Assembly (NCBI GenBank): GCA_965197725.1
Contig: CBDANQ010000060.1
Location: 64,001 to 128,000 of the forward strand
DNA: 64,000 nucleotides
Origin: Longimicrobiales bacterium
Lineage (GTDB): Bacteria; Gemmatimonadota; Gemmatimonadetes; Longimicrobiales; Gaopeijiaceae
Reading direction: 5' to 3'
Part shown: positions 1 to 9,814 of the stretch, piece by piece
Position numbering within the stretch: the stretch's first letter is position 1
How the letters are laid out: every line of letters begins with the position of its first letter
Notes under the pieces: generated by a model
Seen by the model: the letters and a program-made list of their open reading frames with translations, nothing else
The model's database searches: none
What the model was told of the DNA's origin: nothing
Position numbers and translations under genes: made by a program

Positions 1-630
1 TCTGGTCGAGCGCGGCCTGGACCCGGGCAGGCGGCGGCTGTTCGTGATCGATGGCTCGAAAGCGCTCAGGAAGGCGATCGAGAAGGTGTTCGGCCAACGT
101 CACCCCATCCAGCGCTGCCGCAACCACAAGCTCCGCAACGTGCTGGGTCATCTGCCGAAGGATCAGCATCCTCAGGTGAAGGCGGCGTTCCGGGCGGCGA
201 TGAAGCTGGACGCGAAGCAGGGCGAGCAGAAGCTCGAGCAGCTCGCCCGATGGCTCGAGCGCGACCACCCCTCGGCCGCAGCCAGCCTGCGCGAAGGCCT
301 CAGCGAGATGTTCACCATAAACCGGCTCGGCCTCCCACCGCGGCTGAGGAAGTGCCTGGGCTCGACCAACCTGATCGACAGCACCCACTCGGGCGTAAGA
401 CGGAAGACCCGCAGGGTGACTAACTGGAAGAACGGAGCGATGGCCTTGCGCTGGGCTGCGGCCTCGTTCGTGGAAACCGAGAAGAGCTACCGGAGGATCA
501 TCGGCTACGACCAGCTCTGGATGCTCAGGGCCCACCTCGACGACCATGAACCGGTTGCCGAAATGAGAAAGACAGGCTAACCAAGAGACTCTCCGGCGCC
601 ACCACCTTCAACTGTCAGCGGGACACCATC
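1..630 (+). mobile_element. IS256-family element, right-hand part (5' end outside window), inserted in istB
   Basis: Matches 43719-44348 by eye; ends in CCTTCAACTGTCAGCGGGACACCATC (630), followed directly by istB codons AQSGRRVYYG. Confidence 0.93.
2..580 (+). CDS. IS256 (Mutator-type) transposase, C-terminal part
   Basis: DGSKAL, QRCRNHK and STNLIDS motifs; same protein as 43009-44298. Confidence 0.93.
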   Translation: MVERGLDPGRRRLFVIDGSKALRKAIEKVFGQRHPIQRCRNHKLRNVLGHLPKDQHPQVKAAFRAAMKLDAKQGEQKLEQLARWLERDHPSAAASLREGLSEMFTINRLGLPPRLRKCLGSTNLIDSTHSGVRRKTRRVTNWKNGAMALRWAAASFVETEKSYRRIIGYDQLWMLRAHLDDHEPVAEMRKTG

Positions 631-1157
631 GCTCAGAGCGGGCGCAGAGTCTACTACGGCGCTCTGGCCGACCTCATCACCTCGCTCGAAGAAGCCAAGA
701 CCACCGGCCAGCTGGGACGCCGCCTCAAGATCCTCACCTATCCTTCGCTCCTGGTCATCGACGAGATCGGCTACCTGCCGGTCAGCCAGACCGGCGCAAT
801 GCTCTTCTTCCAACTCATCAACCGGCGCTATGAGCGCGCATCCACTGTGCTGACCTCCAATAAAGGCTTCGAGGAGTGGGGCCAGATCTTGGGCGACGAG
901 GTCATGGCCGCTGCGCTCATCGATCGCCTGCTGCATCACTGCCATATCGTCAACATCCGCGGCAGCAGCTACCGGATGCGCAAGCACACCGACCTCTCCA
1001 AGATCCTCCACTCGCCTCCTGCGGAGTCGAGCCCTTCACCCCCGAAGAGAAAGAGAGCAAGAGCAAAGGAGAAAACGACGAACTAGAGGCTCGTCACCTC
1101 CGCCAAGTGTGCAATTTTCGATGGCCAGACCTGTGCAGCTTTCGATGGCCGTTGACA
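631..1157 (+). mobile_element. istB: IS21-family right end with 3' fragment of istB (631-1086)
   Basis: LLVIDEIGYLP / LTSNK / AALIDRLLHH; matches reverse complement of 18344-18870; terminal TTTCGATGGCC repeats ending ...GTTGACA. Confidence 0.92.
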
Positions 1158-1210
1158 AAAGACGTTAGACAGCAGGTGAGGTCCATGTCAGACGCTCAAC
1201 CGAGTTTCAC

Positions 1211-1756
1211 ATGATTGAGTACTGGCGGCGGCTGGTGCGCAGGTTTGCGAAGCAGCCTGTTGGTGTCCGCGCCGCCTTGATCACGGCAGCAGCGGCATTG
1301 CCGACCTTGACCGCCGTGAAGTGGTACCGGGGCTATCGAGAAGTGCGAGCTGAGGAGCGGCGAATTGTCGCCCGGAATGATCTTGCAGCAGAGCTACTAC
1401 CTCATCTTCGCAGCCTGCAAGATTTGACCGAGTCTGTCCTTACGTCTCTCCGAACTAGCGGGGGACCTGACGAAACCACGATGGACTCCCTGCAGATCGT
1501 CGCAGAGGGATTGTGGGTTTCAGAGCGAGGGATTCGTACCCGGCTCAGCGAGGCTTACGGTGACTCGGTGGGCGTGCATTACTCAGAGACAATCCAGCGC
1601 GCGGATAGCCTGTTTCATGCGCTGTTGAGGTTAGCCGACCGCGAGCGTACGACCCCAGATGCTCTCAGTGCGCTGCGTGCCGAGATCTTTGGTCGGGCCC
1701 TGGAAGTGGGACGACGATCCATCGCTCTTCTGAACACCTTGATCGCGGCACACTGA
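1211..1756 (+). CDS. Hypothetical membrane-anchored protein, gene-cassette-like
   Basis: 181-aa ORF with N-terminal hydrophobic segment; preceded by GTTAGAC core (1164-1170) and followed by attC-like site; an upstream ATG at 1185 is out of frame. Confidence 0.6.
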   Translation: MIEYWRRLVRRFAKQPVGVRAALITAAAALPTLTAVKWYRGYREVRAEERRIVARNDLAAELLPHLRSLQDLTESVLTSLRTSGGPDETTMDSLQIVAEGLWVSERGIRTRLSEAYGDSVGVHYSETIQRADSLFHALLRLADRERTTPDALSALRAEIFGRALEVGRRSIALLNTLIAAH

Positions 1757-1810
1757 CGGAAGTCCTCAAGAGTCCATGCTCTCGCTGTGTTTGTGCAGTT
1801 GGTTCCTGCT

Positions 1811-1956
1811 TCCCAACACGTATCAGGCCCCCGGAATCAAGAGCGCGCAGCTGGCCCTACCCGCTGCGGCGTGGCGGGCGAGAGTAGGCGAGAGATTCTC
1901 GCGCTACGCTTGCGGTCACCACTGTTGTTGTGCAGCAGAATCGCGAAACGTTAGGC
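1811..1956 (+). other. attC-like recombination site with 21-bp insert at 1818-1838
   Basis: TCCCAAC ... GCAGCAGAATCGCGAAAC GTTAGGC; right end nearly repeated at 4305-4329, left end repeated at 2539-2577. Confidence 0.6.
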
Positions 1957-2120
1957 GGCTCCGCGAGCCATGTGCTGCATCGACCGCCATTCCCAGACTT
2001 TGCCGGCCCGAGAGTCGACGACCCTGACTTGCGGTGGTGTTGTCTCTGCCTCTGCCGCCTCGCCTCAAATCGAGCGGTCCCACATCGCGTCGTCAGGTAG
2101 GATAGTCGTTACCTTCCAAC

Positions 2121-2327
2121 ATGGATTTGACAACAGCTGAGCGACCCGTCGTTATCCGTGCCGTGGCGGCCTACCGCGAAGCCAAGGCGAAGCATCACGT
2201 CGGTCAGTTTCGTGGCCTGACGGCGGACGCGATTCTCGAAGAACTGGCTCCATCTCCCGTCCGTTGGACGGAACTGGCTGCGCTCGTGATCGCATCAGCT
2301 GAAGAGTCCAGTCGAAGGAAGCACTAG
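2121..2327 (+). CDS. Small hypothetical protein between attC-like sites
   Basis: 68-aa ATG ORF in cassette orientation; no recognisable motif. Confidence 0.3.
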   Translation: MDLTTAERPVVIRAVAAYREAKAKHHVGQFRGLTADAILEELAPSPVRWTELAALVIASAEESSRRKH

Positions 2328-2538
2328 TGTCCTGTGCGCGTCCTTACTCGGTGATCTCCGGGCCCAACTCGCCGAACCGTAGTAGGCCGAGGGAGGCTCT
2401 CTCGGCACTCGCACGCGGGATAGCCTAATGAGCCAGGTCGGCGGCGGTGCCCTCCGACGCATCGGTATCGGCGTCACGACAGCCTCTTAGGGCGCTCAGG
2501 ACTCCCGGCCTGCGTCGTGTTCTCCGTGGACCTGAGCT

Positions 2539-2580
2539 ATCTAACACTTATCAGGCCCCCGGAGTCAAGAGCGCGCATGT
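2539..2580 (+). other. attC-like left end (ATCTAAC) with 21-bp insert at 2546-2566; right end not found
   Basis: RYYYAAC followed by ACTTATCAGGCCCCCGGAGTC AAGAGCGCGCA, near-identical to 1815-1849. Confidence 0.5.
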
Positions 2581-2695
2581 CCCCCGGCGCGTCGCGGAGC
2601 GGCGCGTAATGAAGTGAGCGTCGGTCGTCGAGTCCTCTGACTTGGTTTCCGTCAACAGGTGCGAGCACTTCCGAGCTCTGCACCAAACACTTATC

Positions 2696-3005
2696 GAGGT
2701 TCAACCGCCGGGTGCCCTTCGAGGCGAGCTCGAAGGAGCGGCGGAGCAGGAGCCTGCTGTGGGCTCCTACGACCTAGAGAAATTCATCTGTGCCCTCGTG
2801 CCGTCCGACTCCATTCAAGGTGAGCAGGCTCGGGCCGAGAGGCGCCGGACCAGTTAGCTCCGGGCTCGGGTGAGGGGCAGAGTCCTGAGTTAGACCGACT
2901 TCGATGTGTGGGGAGCGGGAGGAGGCGTCCAATCAAGCGAGGCGGCTGTCAGGCATCCGGTGCCCGCTCGAGTTAGAAATCGGGGCTCGCGACCTCCCCT
3001 CCCCG
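2696..3005 (-). ncRNA. Predicted bridge/seekRNA region of the IS1111-type element
   Basis: About 310-bp non-coding region downstream of the transposase; minus strand contains CGCTTG (2939-2934) then GTCTAAC (2895-2889), matching the two halves of the attC target. Confidence 0.55.
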
Positions 3006-4052
3006 TCAGGTGCGTGTATAGAAGCGTTCGGTGTCGAATGCCTCCCCGTTCTTGAGCATGAAGTAGGTGGCGCGACCGATGCGAGCCGCGAGGATGCTGA
3101 GCGCCTTGCCCTTGCCGTGGCGGCGCGCGAGCCTCTTGAGATGGCCCTGGCCGCGGACGTTGTCGCGTAGGAAGAGGACGGCAGCCTCGCTGAACGCCCA
3201 CTTGAGGTGTGCGTTACCGATCTTGGCTCCTCCGCTGCCGACCCGCTTGCCTGCACTGCGGTGCTCGGGCTTGGCGAGTCGACAGTAGGAGCTGAAGCGC
3301 TGCACTGTGCTGAAGCGAGCGATGTCGTGGATCTCATAGAGCAGCGTGAGCGCCAGGATCCGACCGATGCCGGGGATGGTTCGGAGCCGCTCCAGCGTGT
3401 CGGAGTCGTGGACACGGGCTTCTTCTTCGACCGTACGCTCGAGTTCTCGGATCACGGGGTCGTAGCGATCGGCCAGGGCGAGGTCCGCCTCAATGGTCCT
3501 CTGGATCATGGGATCGTCGAACGCCTGGGCCAGTCCCTCTCGGTTCTTCTTGTAGAGGAGCTGACCCGGGGGCCGAGGCAGGTTGTACTGATGAAAGGTG
3601 TTGCGGACGTGGGCGAGGAGCTCGCCGCGCTTGCGCACGAAGTAGAGTCGGCGCCGGAGCACATCGCGCGTGGCTCGCATCTGGGGAGGATAGACGTAGG
3701 CCACCGGGAACGCACCACCACGCAGCAAGACCGCCGTCTTGTGCGAGTCGATGTGGTCGTTCTTGGCCTTGGCCCCGTGGATCGCCTTCATGTAGAGCGC
3801 ATGGCCGAGCACGAAGTGGATCTGCTCACGAGCACATAGATCGGCGAGCCAGTACCAGCAGAAGATGCACTCGCTGCCCACCACGAGGTCCAAACGGTAG
3901 GGCTCGAGGGCGCGAAGCAGTGCCTCGCGCTCACAGCGTAGCCTCTTGTGCAGTCGTATCTTGCCCTGGCCGTCCAGAACGCAGAGGTAGAGCGTGCGAG
4001 CGTGAAGGTCGATGCCACAGTAGTATCGATGCTGGCCGGTGTAGAAGCGCAT
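3006..4052 (-). CDS. IS110-family DEDD transposase/recombinase
   Basis: GIDLH, E, KNDHIDS (DEDD RuvC-like), IPGIG and SAGK motifs; 348 aa intact. Confidence 0.95.
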   Translation of the reverse strand: MRFYTGQHRYYCGIDLHARTLYLCVLDGQGKIRLHKRLRCEREALLRALEPYRLDLVVGSECIFCWYWLADLCAREQIHFVLGHALYMKAIHGAKAKNDHIDSHKTAVLLRGGAFPVAYVYPPQMRATRDVLRRRLYFVRKRGELLAHVRNTFHQYNLPRPPGQLLYKKNREGLAQAFDDPMIQRTIEADLALADRYDPVIRELERTVEEEARVHDSDTLERLRTIPGIGRILALTLLYEIHDIARFSTVQRFSSYCRLAKPEHRSAGKRVGSGGAKIGNAHLKWAFSEAAVLFLRDNVRGQGHLKRLARRHGKGKALSILAARIGRATYFMLKNGEAFDTERFYTRT

Positions 4053-4867
4053 GGTTCCCCTCCTGGGTTGGATGGATCGAGCGTCGCGCTCTGATCATTC
4101 CGTCCTCTCTGTGAGAGGTCCAGGAGGGGGCCTGCATGAGTATCAAGCCTGGGGACCAGTCCTGCGGGCAGGGAGATGTCGGAAGAAAATGACCTAGGTC
4201 GGCGGCACTTTCTCAGAGGCGCCAAGTAGCAGCGGGTCTTGCTGAAATGACCTTGAGGCCGCGACCCTCGCCTTGCGAGTAGCGCCTTAGGCACGCAATC
4301 TCCCGCAGCAGAATCGCGAGACGTTATCTGGAGTCGATTGCCATGACAGAGACCTCCCAGGAGGGCCTCGTCAGGTGATCCTCCCGCTCGTGTCTCCCTG
4401 TTGACCTCACCGTGAGCCCCCAGATCCTCTGGCTTCGCGTCTTCGTGGAAGGCGTGGTGATCGTCGGCCTTTCCGTCGGCATCATCGGAGAGTTGCTCTG
4501 TCATCCCTCAGGATGAGCGAGAACGCAGGTTAGGAGCGGGCACACCCGTGGATGCGACCCGAAGAGCGGGCCATTCTTTCAGCCCCTAACGCGTTACATA
4601 GCTCCGCGTAGGGTTGGGGCGCGTCGAGCGTGAACTCGGTGAGGGCGGCATGGCGACCCGGTGGCGGGCTGCCCGGACCCGACAGCAATCGCCTGCAGGA
4701 CGGGTCACCAATGGGCACGTGCTTCGGGTGTTTGCGAGGTCTTGCACCTGTCACAACCTTGGACCGGTCGAAACTCCCGACATGCGCAGAACGTGGGCTG
4801 ACGCGTATCATACCCAATCCCGACGCGCGCAGGTTGCTTGTGACGCGACCCGGAAGAGGATTACAGC

Positions 4868-5688
4868 ATGGCATCTTCGGTAGCGATCGTCACGGGCGCC
4901 GCCAGCGGCATCGGAAGACATTGGGCAGACGCGCTTCGGCGTAAGGGCTTCATGCTCGCTCTTGCGGATATCAACGGGGATGGGCTGCACACCGCGTTCG
5001 CGCAGGACGATCATGTCCGGCTACACAGGCTCGACGTGCGATCCGTGGAAGGCTGGCGGCGCATGGCCGAGGACACGGTCACTCGCTGCGGCGCTATCGA
5101 CTACCTCTTCAATATCGCAGGCGGCGGCAGTCCCGGGTTTCTGCTGGACGTTCCCATGGAACTGGTTGATACGACGATCGACGTGAACCTGAAGGGCCAG
5201 ATCTACGGGGTGAAGGTCGTGGGCGACATCATGGTGAAGCAGAGCTCAGGACACATCGTCAACATGTCGTCCTTGGCAGGGATCTCGCCCACTCCCGGCA
5301 ATGAACTCTACTCGGCCGCGAAGTGTGGACTCCGCTCCGTCTCCATCTCCACCGCGGTCCGCCTCCGAACCAAGGGCGTCTTCATGACCGTCATCTGCCC
5401 GGATCTAGTGAATACGCCCACGCTTGAGCGGCATCTGGATGCGGACCCCCTCGACGTGGCCCTCATCCACTCTGGTCCTGGGGCGCTCTCGGTCCAGCAG
5501 TGGAAGCCGCGCTTTGGCAGGCGGTCCGCATGCGTGCCCTCGAGATAGCGGTCCCACGCTCGCGTGGCTGGCTGGTGAAACTCAACAATCTGTTTCCACC
5601 CATCATGCTTCGACTCTACCGCCCCTTGGTGAAGAAGGGACTCAAACGACTTGAGCAGCTCAAACGGGAGCGGACGAAGCGGAGCTGA
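4868..5688 (+). pseudogene. Short-chain dehydrogenase/reductase, frameshifted near 5500
   Basis: TGAASGIG, NIAG and YSAAK motifs; C-terminus continues in another frame (5500-5688). Confidence 0.8.
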
Positions 5689-5792
5689 GCATGGTGTCCA
5701 CCGGGATCACGCTGCCGTCACTGGAGCGAATCGAACTCAGACAGTGCCCGCGCCAAACGCTCAAGGTCGGTTTGGCGCACGACCGGGTAGAC

Positions 5793-6459
5793 GAAGCTGT
5801 CCCAACCGTAGTTGAAGGTCCCTGATAGGGGAGAAAGAAAAGTGGTGGCTCCGGGGGTCCCGGGCCGATAGGCTCGGGTAGGCAAAAACCCCAACACGGA
5901 GCCACCACGATGAAGAGAACGTACGAGGTAAGGGATCGGGCGGACAAGCGCGCGATCAGGGAGTTCCTGAAGCGGGAGGGGCAGTTTCTGCTTCCGATGC
6001 TTGAGCTCGTGGAGCAGACGGAGGTCGCGATCGACGAAGTCATCCAGGTGATGGGACGAGCGACGATCGAAGCGGTGCTGGAGATGAGCGCCGAGGGTGT
6101 GGCAGGCGTGAAGCAGGCAGGTCGGTCACGAGCGGAAGACGACACGGTGTGGTATGGCCGGCAGGGTGGTGTGGTTTACCTGTTGGACCGGAAGGTGCGT
6201 GTGGAGCGGCCACGGCTCAGGCGCCGGGGCGCCGGGGAGGGTGGCGAGGTCGAGGTGCCGGCGTACGCAGCGATGCGGAGACCGGGCGCCGTGGCGGATC
6301 GGATGCTCGAGGTCCTGATGGCGGGGGTGAGCACGCGGAAGTACGGCCGTGTGATCGGTGAGATGGCCGACACGGTCGGGGTGAGCAAGTCGGCGGTGAG
6401 CCGTGAGACGGTCGAGGCCTCGGAGCGCGTGCTGAAGGAGCTGATGGAGGGACACCATC
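5793..6459 (+). mobile_element. Internally deleted IS256 copy
   Basis: Left end GAAGCTGTCCCAACCGTAGTTGAAGG plus 5' transposase to ...KELME, fused to the last 10-11 bp of the right end GGACACCATC; flanks are not duplicated. Confidence 0.88.
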
Positions 6460-6874
6460 CTGGATACGGACCTTTCGGTCCGACAGGTAGACCTGACCGC
6501 CCTGGCGGCCGTACCAGACCGTCGCCCCCTCCTCGCGTGCCTTGCCCGATTGCTTCGGGCCCGCCACACCTTCGGCGCTCATCTCGAGTACCGCCTCGAT
6601 CGTCGCTCGGCCCATCATCTGGACGACTTCGTCGATCGCGAGCTCCGTGTGCTCTACGAGCTCGACCATCGGCAGCAGGAACTGGCCTTCTCGCTTCACG
6701 AACTCAGCCATCGCACGCCTGTCCGTGTCCCTCGCTACTTCGTACGTTCTCTTCATCGTGGTGGCTCCGTTTTTGGGTTTTTAGCGCACCCGATCCTATC
6801 GGATCGGGCACCCTCGGAGCCACCACTTTTCTTTTCCCTCTTCAGGGACCTTCAACTACGGCTGGGTCAGCTTC
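6460..6874 (-). mobile_element. Second IS256 isoform, left end and truncated transposase (start 6756)
   Basis: MKRTYEVARDTDRRAMAEFVKREGQFLLPM is paralogous to the 43009 ORF; left IR variant GAAGCTGACCCAGCCGTAGTTGAAGG. Confidence 0.85.
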
Positions 6875-7146
6875 TTTCGTGGGGTCTCTCAGTCAGTGCG
6901 GCCGTGAGCCTGCAGGGAAAGGGTCAGACGATCGTGAGTGGGCGGACCCCGGACGTCATCATCCAGTCGTTGGAAGGGCCTCCGTCGGAATACACATGCC
7001 TACGGATCCCCTGATCTTGAGGGCATACGACAGATCGAAGATGATCCGACAATTCGCCTTGTCCTTGGGCACCTCCTTACCGAGGTGATTGACGAGGACG
7101 TCCTGGCGTAGGGCGACAGGTATCGACGTGTTCACGGTCGCGAGCT

Positions 7147-7621
7147 CTATACAAGAGCATCGTGACAAGAGCATCGTGCGGAACACTTCTGTGACGTCCC
7201 GTCCTTTGCGAGGTCCACGCTCCAGGCACGCACCTCGCTTGGCTCGATGGTACGCGGGTCACGGTCTCGACCAAAGAACTTCAAGGCAGTGCCAAGCCGG
7301 GTCTCGAGTTCTCTCATGTGCTGGTCCGAGGTCCTACCAGCTCGGGCCCTCATGATGAGATGATGGCTTACCAACTCGACGAGCGTCGTGCTCTCTTGCG
7401 GCGAGAGGCCAGCCTGACCCTCGCGCTTGGCACGCAGCGCTGCCAGCCGAGCCTCGAAGAGCATGAGCGCGATCTCCGGGTCCTTAGTGCCCCATGTTGC
7501 CCCGCGTTGTGAGTGCCTCCTTCTTACCGCCGACGTCTGCATAGGTCCGGAGGTCGGCGTAGGCCCTGCCGTTTCTCCAGAAGATGTGCGGTCCGTCGCT
7601 CTTCGGTTTCTTTTGCGCCAC
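7147..7621 (-). pseudogene. Tyrosine (phage-type) integrase N-terminal remnant, frameshifted and truncated
   Basis: GTG 7621 MAQKKPKSDGPHIFWRNGRAYADLR, then SAM-like ALKFFGRDRDPRTIEPSEVRAW; lies next to a tRNA. Confidence 0.55.
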
Positions 7622-7754
7622 GATGTGCCCCTGCAGCGTTGACCGTCCGGGAGGCCGAACAGTAGTTTTGGTCCCGGCTGGCCCGCGGGCTGGTCAGGGC
7701 AGGGCGGCCTTCCGAATCGTTTCCGAGCGTGACGGGGTCGCCCTGCTGTCGTCC

Positions 7755-7820
7755 GTTACGATGGCTGTGACGATAGTGCTTCGCAACAGTTTTGGTGCAG
7801 TTCTTGGCTCAGTTTGGGTG
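7755..7820. repeat. Short direct repeats, candidate integrase arm-type sites
   Basis: CAGTT(T/C)...GG at 7787, 7798 and 7810, and GT(T/G)ACGAT twice, between the integrase start and the tRNA. Confidence 0.4.
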
Positions 7821-7866
7821 TTTACGGTTTTAGTCAAATCGCTAAAGGATTGTAACATAATAACTT

Positions 7867-7940
<74 letters not shown>

Positions 7941-7943
7941 TTT

Positions 7944-7995
7944 TGTAAGACGATATCCCACAGGGCTTTACGGCTTTGTGGGATATCGTCTTGCA
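7944..7995. terminator. Strong hairpin after the tRNA, probably a bidirectional terminator
   Basis: Perfect 16-bp arms AAGACGATATCCCACA (7947-7962) / TGTGGGATATCGTCTT (7977-7992) between convergent genes. Confidence 0.7.
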
Positions 7996-8315
7996 GTCCG
8001 CGAGTCAGTCTGCGTGCACGATGCGTGCGCTGGCGAGAGTGATCCGGAGTGATTTAGGGTGACGGTCTAGGAGGCGCCAGTCCCGAGGGCCTCCCGTTCT
8101 CAAACGGGATGCGCACGAGCGAGTACCCGACGAGATACGGGCGGTTGACAGACCCGCGCAGCGCAACGAACGCGCTGTTCCGGTACGCTTCGGGAAACAG
8201 CTCGCCGGTGTAGAAGGCCAATCCCATCGGGACGGCGTGGGCGGGGAGGAGCACATCAGGAACGATCGTCCTCTCGACAAGATCCGGTCGCGCTCCGTTG
8301 AGGAGTGGCTCGGGG

Positions 8316-9782
8316 TTAGCAGTCCGTGGAAGAAATAGGTTCCCAGCGGATGATGGGTGGGAGAGAAGGCAGACACGCGGGGGCTGTGTTGTTGTGCAAG
8401 AAGCGGGTTTTGGGGTCTGACGAGGCGATATTCGGCCCAAGGAAGGCGAAATAGCGCCGAATACGGCGGAAAAAGCGCGAGACGCGGGTTGTAACCTGAG
8501 TTGCGAGCGCAGCTTGTACGGTAGCGAGGCCCTGTAACGCACGGGGGGTTCCAACCCCGAACCGCTTGCGCATGAGAAGGCCGAGGTTGAAGGCCGCCGC
8601 GTGGATCAACATCCGTTTTCGAATCTCCTCCTGGCCCCGTATGTGGACGCGACGCAGCCCTCCGGTCACAAGCAAGTGCGCAAACCCCCGCTCCACCTTC
8701 TCGCCGCGCTGGCGCAGCAGCCGCATCCCCCGGTTGCCGCGGATCCGGCGGCGGTTGTCGTAGGTCGGCTTCTGCGCGTCCCGGTTGTTCTTCCATTTCC
8801 GGCGCCCGCGGTTGGGCTCGCTCACATAGCTGCGCAGCTCCCGCTCCTTCACGCCCGTCATGGTCTTGTTCGAGTGGTAGCCTTTGTCGGCCACCACTTC
8901 CTCGGGCTCTACCTGCACTACTTCCAGCTGCCGCTCTGCCTCGTCCAGCGTGTTGGGCAGCGACGCCACATCTCCCCCGTCCATCGTCTGCACCGTCACC
9001 GCCACAAGCGCACCGGTCTCCATGTCGACCGCCTGCTCCAACTTGTGCGCCAGGCGCGTCCTGCCGTCCTTCATCTTCGTGATCCGCGCCTCCGGGTCGT
9101 GCGGATGCACCCAGTCCTTGTTCGAGCCCTTCTTCGGACGCTTCCGGTCCAGCGTCGTCAGATCCTTGCGCGTCGGCGTCTCGATCCCCGACGCCCGGGC
9201 CACCTGCTCCAGCCATTCATCGTAGCCCAACCCGTCGTCGCGCCGCACGATCGTGCGCATCGCCGCATTCGCCTCCAGCGTCGTCGAGTCGACGCCCAGC
9301 GTCTTGCCGCTCAGCAACCCCGACCCCTTCAGCAGCTCCAGCACCCGCCCGAACACCGCCGCGTGCGCTTCCACGCTCAGGCGCTTGCGCGTCTTCGACA
9401 GGGTCGAATGCTCCGGCGGGTTCTTCGCCCACCCGTATCCCAGAAACTCACGCAACGACAACGAGTCCCCACACCGCCAGGCAATGCCCCGCTCCGAGCC
9501 GATCCCTTCGAGGTAGCCCACCATCATCATTCGGAAATACACCCCGGGAGCAATCCCCGGCCGACCCCGATTGTCCGCGTAGAACTCACGGCATGCCTCT
9601 TCCGCGAACTCGTCAAACCCGCTTTTCGCCAGAAGCTCGTTCAAGGCCCAGTAGAACGGGTTGTCCAAGGCCCGAATCTCGCTCGCCACCACGAACATCT
9701 CGCCCTGCCGAGCCTCGGGCCGCTTGCCTACCGCCATCGCCGTCCTCGCTGCAAAAACCCTCGTGTCCTCCTGATTTAACAC
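8316..9782 (-). CDS. DDE transposase (DUF772-like N-terminus, IS1182/IS5 type)
   Basis: GRPGIAP, SERGIA, PEHSTLSKTR, VDST, ADKGY and VERGFAHL motifs; real start may be ATG 9737. Confidence 0.9.
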   Translation of the reverse strand: MLNQEDTRVFAARTAMAVGKRPEARQGEMFVVASEIRALDNPFYWALNELLAKSGFDEFAEEACREFYADNRGRPGIAPGVYFRMMMVGYLEGIGSERGIAWRCGDSLSLREFLGYGWAKNPPEHSTLSKTRKRLSVEAHAAVFGRVLELLKGSGLLSGKTLGVDSTTLEANAAMRTIVRRDDGLGYDEWLEQVARASGIETPTRKDLTTLDRKRPKKGSNKDWVHPHDPEARITKMKDGRTRLAHKLEQAVDMETGALVAVTVQTMDGGDVASLPNTLDEAERQLEVVQVEPEEVVADKGYHSNKTMTGVKERELRSYVSEPNRGRRKWKNNRDAQKPTYDNRRRIRGNRGMRLLRQRGEKVERGFAHLLVTGGLRRVHIRGQEEIRKRMLIHAAAFNLGLLMRKRFGVGTPRALQGLATVQAALATQVTTRVSRFFRRIRRYFAFLGPNIASSDPKTRFLHNNTAPACLPSLPPIIRWEPISSTDC

Positions 9783-9814
9783 AACAGCGATGACCGGACT
9801 TTATCCACGGTCTG
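8320..9814 (-). mobile_element. IS1182/IS5-like element, complete 1495 bp, TTAG duplication
   Basis: Ends CAGTCCGTGGA / TCCACGGTCTG; TTAG at 8316-8319 and 9815-9818. Confidence 0.93.

Larger units (their letters stand above)
2689..4144 (-). mobile_element. IS110 family, IS1111-type element inserted in an attC-like site (2682-4329)
   Basis: Junctions ACCAAAC|ACTTATC and GAGTATC|AAGCC share a CA core; long non-coding region 3' of the transposase; attC-like right end GCAGCAGAATCGCGAGACGTTATCT at 4305-4329. Confidence 0.8.

Noticed and set aside
5910..7088. Intact 392-aa IS256 transposase
   Set aside because: Only the first 180 codons match; the rest is antisense of the second isoform
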